Source of the DNA: Antedon mediterranea
Taxonomy: Eukaryota; Animalia; Echinodermata
DNA length: 64,000 nt
Direction: 5' to 3'
Assembly (NCBI RefSeq): GCF_964355755.1
Contig: NC_092680.1
Coordinates: forward strand, 2,976,001-3,040,000
The notes below the pieces were generated by a model that searched no databases, was not told the origin of the DNA, and worked only from the letters and a program-made list of their open reading frames with translations. The position numbers and the translations under genes are program-made. Numbering within the stretch: position 1 is the stretch's first letter; each line of letters starts with the position of its first letter. Shown here in pieces: positions 61,287 through 64,000 of the stretch.

Positions 61287-63120
61287 TACATATATTTTAA
61301 AAAAACCCTCAATCATAAACTTAATCTTTGTACAAAACCAATTATTGCCTTTTATAAAGAACAATAAAAAAATAATAATTAATACAGTTAGTATTTTACG
61401 ACACAGCTTTTCTTTGCAAAAAAACAATAAACAAAAAAGTTGGTAACAGAGTATTGGTCAAAAAGGTGAAACCAATACATTTCTTGTAAGCTTTTGTGAG
61501 TTGCATTGCTAATTCTTTTTAAACCAATTAAACTATTTTATACATATATATTTACACTTTACCACACTGGGTAACAGATATAACATTGATAAAAATATAA
61601 ATTTCTCTATAAAAAATGTTTAGTACAAAAAAAATGTAAGCATAATACTGTAGTATTTTAGTATTTTATCATTGGTAAACACTATAACATTTCAGTCTAT
61701 TCAAAATGTGTTAACTCTTATAAAATATTGCTACACTATGCCACACTGTGCATGAAATATACAAATATTTTTCTTGTTTTCAAACAATTGTTTTCGCTGG
61801 AAAAAAAATTATGTTAGCGGAAATAGAGTGGAAATCTATTTTTAACACTTGGGCACATTTTTTTTTTTTTTATCACGGAGCAATAATTATAAAACTTTGC
61901 ATTATAACTTTGATGTCAAGACATAATAACTTGGTTCTAGTCCTTCTCCTTGCAAAGAATTCAAATTACTCATATCAACAAATTTATAATAGTACTGTAG
62001 TGTCAGACATACACGTGTAAAGCTAAATACATTAAATAATCAGAAATAAATAAATATTTCTACAATTAAAAATTAACCCTTTTTGGTTTTGTTGTTGATT
62101 AAGTTCATGACAGGCAAGACTTGACCACTTTATTTTTTAAGACTAAAAAGAAAACTATACTTTTATCGGTAATCTGAGTAGAATTACATCCTAACAATAT
62201 AATGGACAAAATCAATGTTACCTTATATGGTATATGGTTTTAACATCCAAGGTTGTAGCGAGAGGTTAAAAAAAGAAGCAACGATACTTTAAATATAATT
62301 ATTAATATAAAATATGACGATCTGTGCAGGGAAATTGTAGGAGGGGGGGGGGGGGGGCCATCAAAATTGAAAATTGCCGGCTGGCTACGGCCCTGACATT
62401 ATAAACAGTTGAAATGATTTACATAGACTGACACTAGTATAACAAAAATCATTGATATACACAAAAATAGTTGAAATATGTTAACATGAACATCAAGATG
62501 GGAATTAAAACGGATAAAACCTTACAACCTTGGGAAACGAGGCAATACTCAATGCTAGCTCTTTTAAGGGTAAACATTTTAAATGGGGTGAGATGATCTA
62601 CATTTGCTTAGAAATTACACAAACCAATAGTTATGTTTGTAGTGCGAGTGCTAGTTTACCTGGATAAACCGACAATAACTCTTTCTCCTTGAAATGCGAG
62701 AAAGGGCTATTTTCGGTTTATCCAAGTGAACTAGGCACGAAATAGACTAGATAATACCATCACCATTTAAGTCCATAATACTGTGTACCAATAATTACTA
62801 TTAAATACCAAATTAACCAAACAAGTATAATTAGTAGATATTCATTAATTTTCATCAACAGTTACAATTAATACCCAATCATAACATTTTTGGTACAATA
62901 ACGATCTTAATTATTAGATGTGGATTTTTAAACATTTCAATACTAACACAACTTTCAAACTTAAGAGTTAGTAAGATGCAAATTTATATCACAATGATCA
63001 AGGTAATCTGGGTAAAAGTTGGTTATAATAAAGATTTAAGGAAAACAATTTAAAGTGGAAAACTAGAGAAATCAAAACAAGGCTTTAGTATATCCTGTGA
63101 AGCAGTCTCAATGTAACTTA

Positions 63121-63262
63121 AGCTCTGTCCACACTATCAAACTTTATGTGCCCATATATGGACATGATGATGTCATATCACTACCATATTTGGGCATATC
63201 ACTACCCTATTTGGGCACATCACACTTTTTTTAAACACTAGTTTGATAGTGTAGACAGAGCT
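63121..63262 (-). mobile_element. MITE family A copy
   Basis: TIRs, TTA on both flanks. Confidence 0.88.
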
Positions 63263-63559
63263 TTAAACTAGTCAACCGATCTGAATCTAACAAGATTTAA
63301 CTAGCTGCATATAGCAATTGGTTATGGCTTTATTCATCAGTCACACACAGTAAAATACACAGTATTTAAGAGATATATATCACTTTAAGTCAATACATTT
63401 TTTAATTCCTTTAAGCTCTATCAGAGATTATTAAGTTGTTATTATAACTATTAAGTGTAAACGGCCAATGGAAATAAACGCCACCAAGACTAAATGACAT
63501 TGAAATTGCTTCACATTGATGACACAAAGCCTACTGCAAGATTTTATTTATAACGGTTA

Positions 63560-63826
63560 CTAGAATACACCAGCAAAGATGGTAAGCACAAGCGACAAAA
63601 TGACGACAACGGCGCTAGCCGCAGCTTGACTGGATCCACTAACAGACATGCAGGTGACCGCTTCGTAGGATTTCAAGTATTCTTGCCCAGCCCATTTCTG
63701 ATAGGTATTCTTCTCGCCAACATCGACCAACTTGATGGTTGAATCCTTAAATATCAAGTCCTTGCCAGAATAGTCGGCCGAGTCAAATATCTTGAACCTT
63801 GAACCGGTTTCATCTGCAAACAGCCT
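63560..63826 (-). CDS. MELTF: Melanotransferrin-like protein, last coding exon with GPI-anchor signal
   Basis: RLFADETGSRFKIFDSADYSGKDLIFKDSTIKLVDVGEKNTYQKWAGQEY...C matches the transferrin C-lobe end (F.FDS..Y.G.DL.FKD.T); followed by small-residue omega region SGSS and a hydrophobic tail; CAG acceptor at 63827-63829. Confidence 0.88.
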   Translation of the reverse strand, partial: RLFADETGSRFKIFDSADYSGKDLIFKDSTIKLVDVGEKNTYQKWAGQEYLKSYEAVTCMSVSGSSQAAASAVVVILSLVLTIFAGVF

Positions 63827-64000
63827 CTGTAAAATTAAATAATTTCATCAGTATACATCTTTTAGATTTAGATTCAATTCAACATACAATGAAAAAGTAA
63901 ATATATAACTATCAAACTAGAGTACACTAAAACATTTAAAACAAACAACCACATATTAGGGAGGTTTCGAAACGCTAAGAATATGATAATGAAAACAGAT

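Overview
AT-rich, intron-rich animal genomic DNA; an invertebrate, possibly a deuterostome or echinoderm, is an inference from protein and TE style. Four protein-coding genes can be assembled by hand through GT-AG splice sites. (1) The 3' part of an astacin metalloprotease with two ShK domains (+, 433-4117). (2) A three-coding-exon death-domain protein with a coiled coil and a LIR-like motif (+, 13164-15705). (3) A 41-kb PDE10A-like GAF-GAF-catalytic cyclic-nucleotide phosphodiesterase (-, 59984-18881). (4) The last exon of a GPI-anchored melanotransferrin (-, 63560-63826). A 5.6-kb GAT/GATGTAT compound satellite follows the astacin gene. PDE introns contain an intact BEL/Pao LTR retrotransposon (489-bp LTRs with no difference seen by eye, ATAAT TSD), about 15 copies of a TAA-targeting MITE, other MITEs, LINE and SINE relics and Penelope-type hammerhead motifs. 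Two observations stand out. First, a pair of 112-nt mutually exclusive catalytic-domain exons swaps Gln for His at the residue that anchors the invariant nucleotide-binding glutamine, a candidate splicing switch for cAMP/cGMP specificity. Second, a composite MITE has captured and tandemly duplicated part of a PDE exon plus its 5' splice site, and sits antisense 28 kb upstream in the same pre-mRNA. All exon boundaries were read manually without transcript data.
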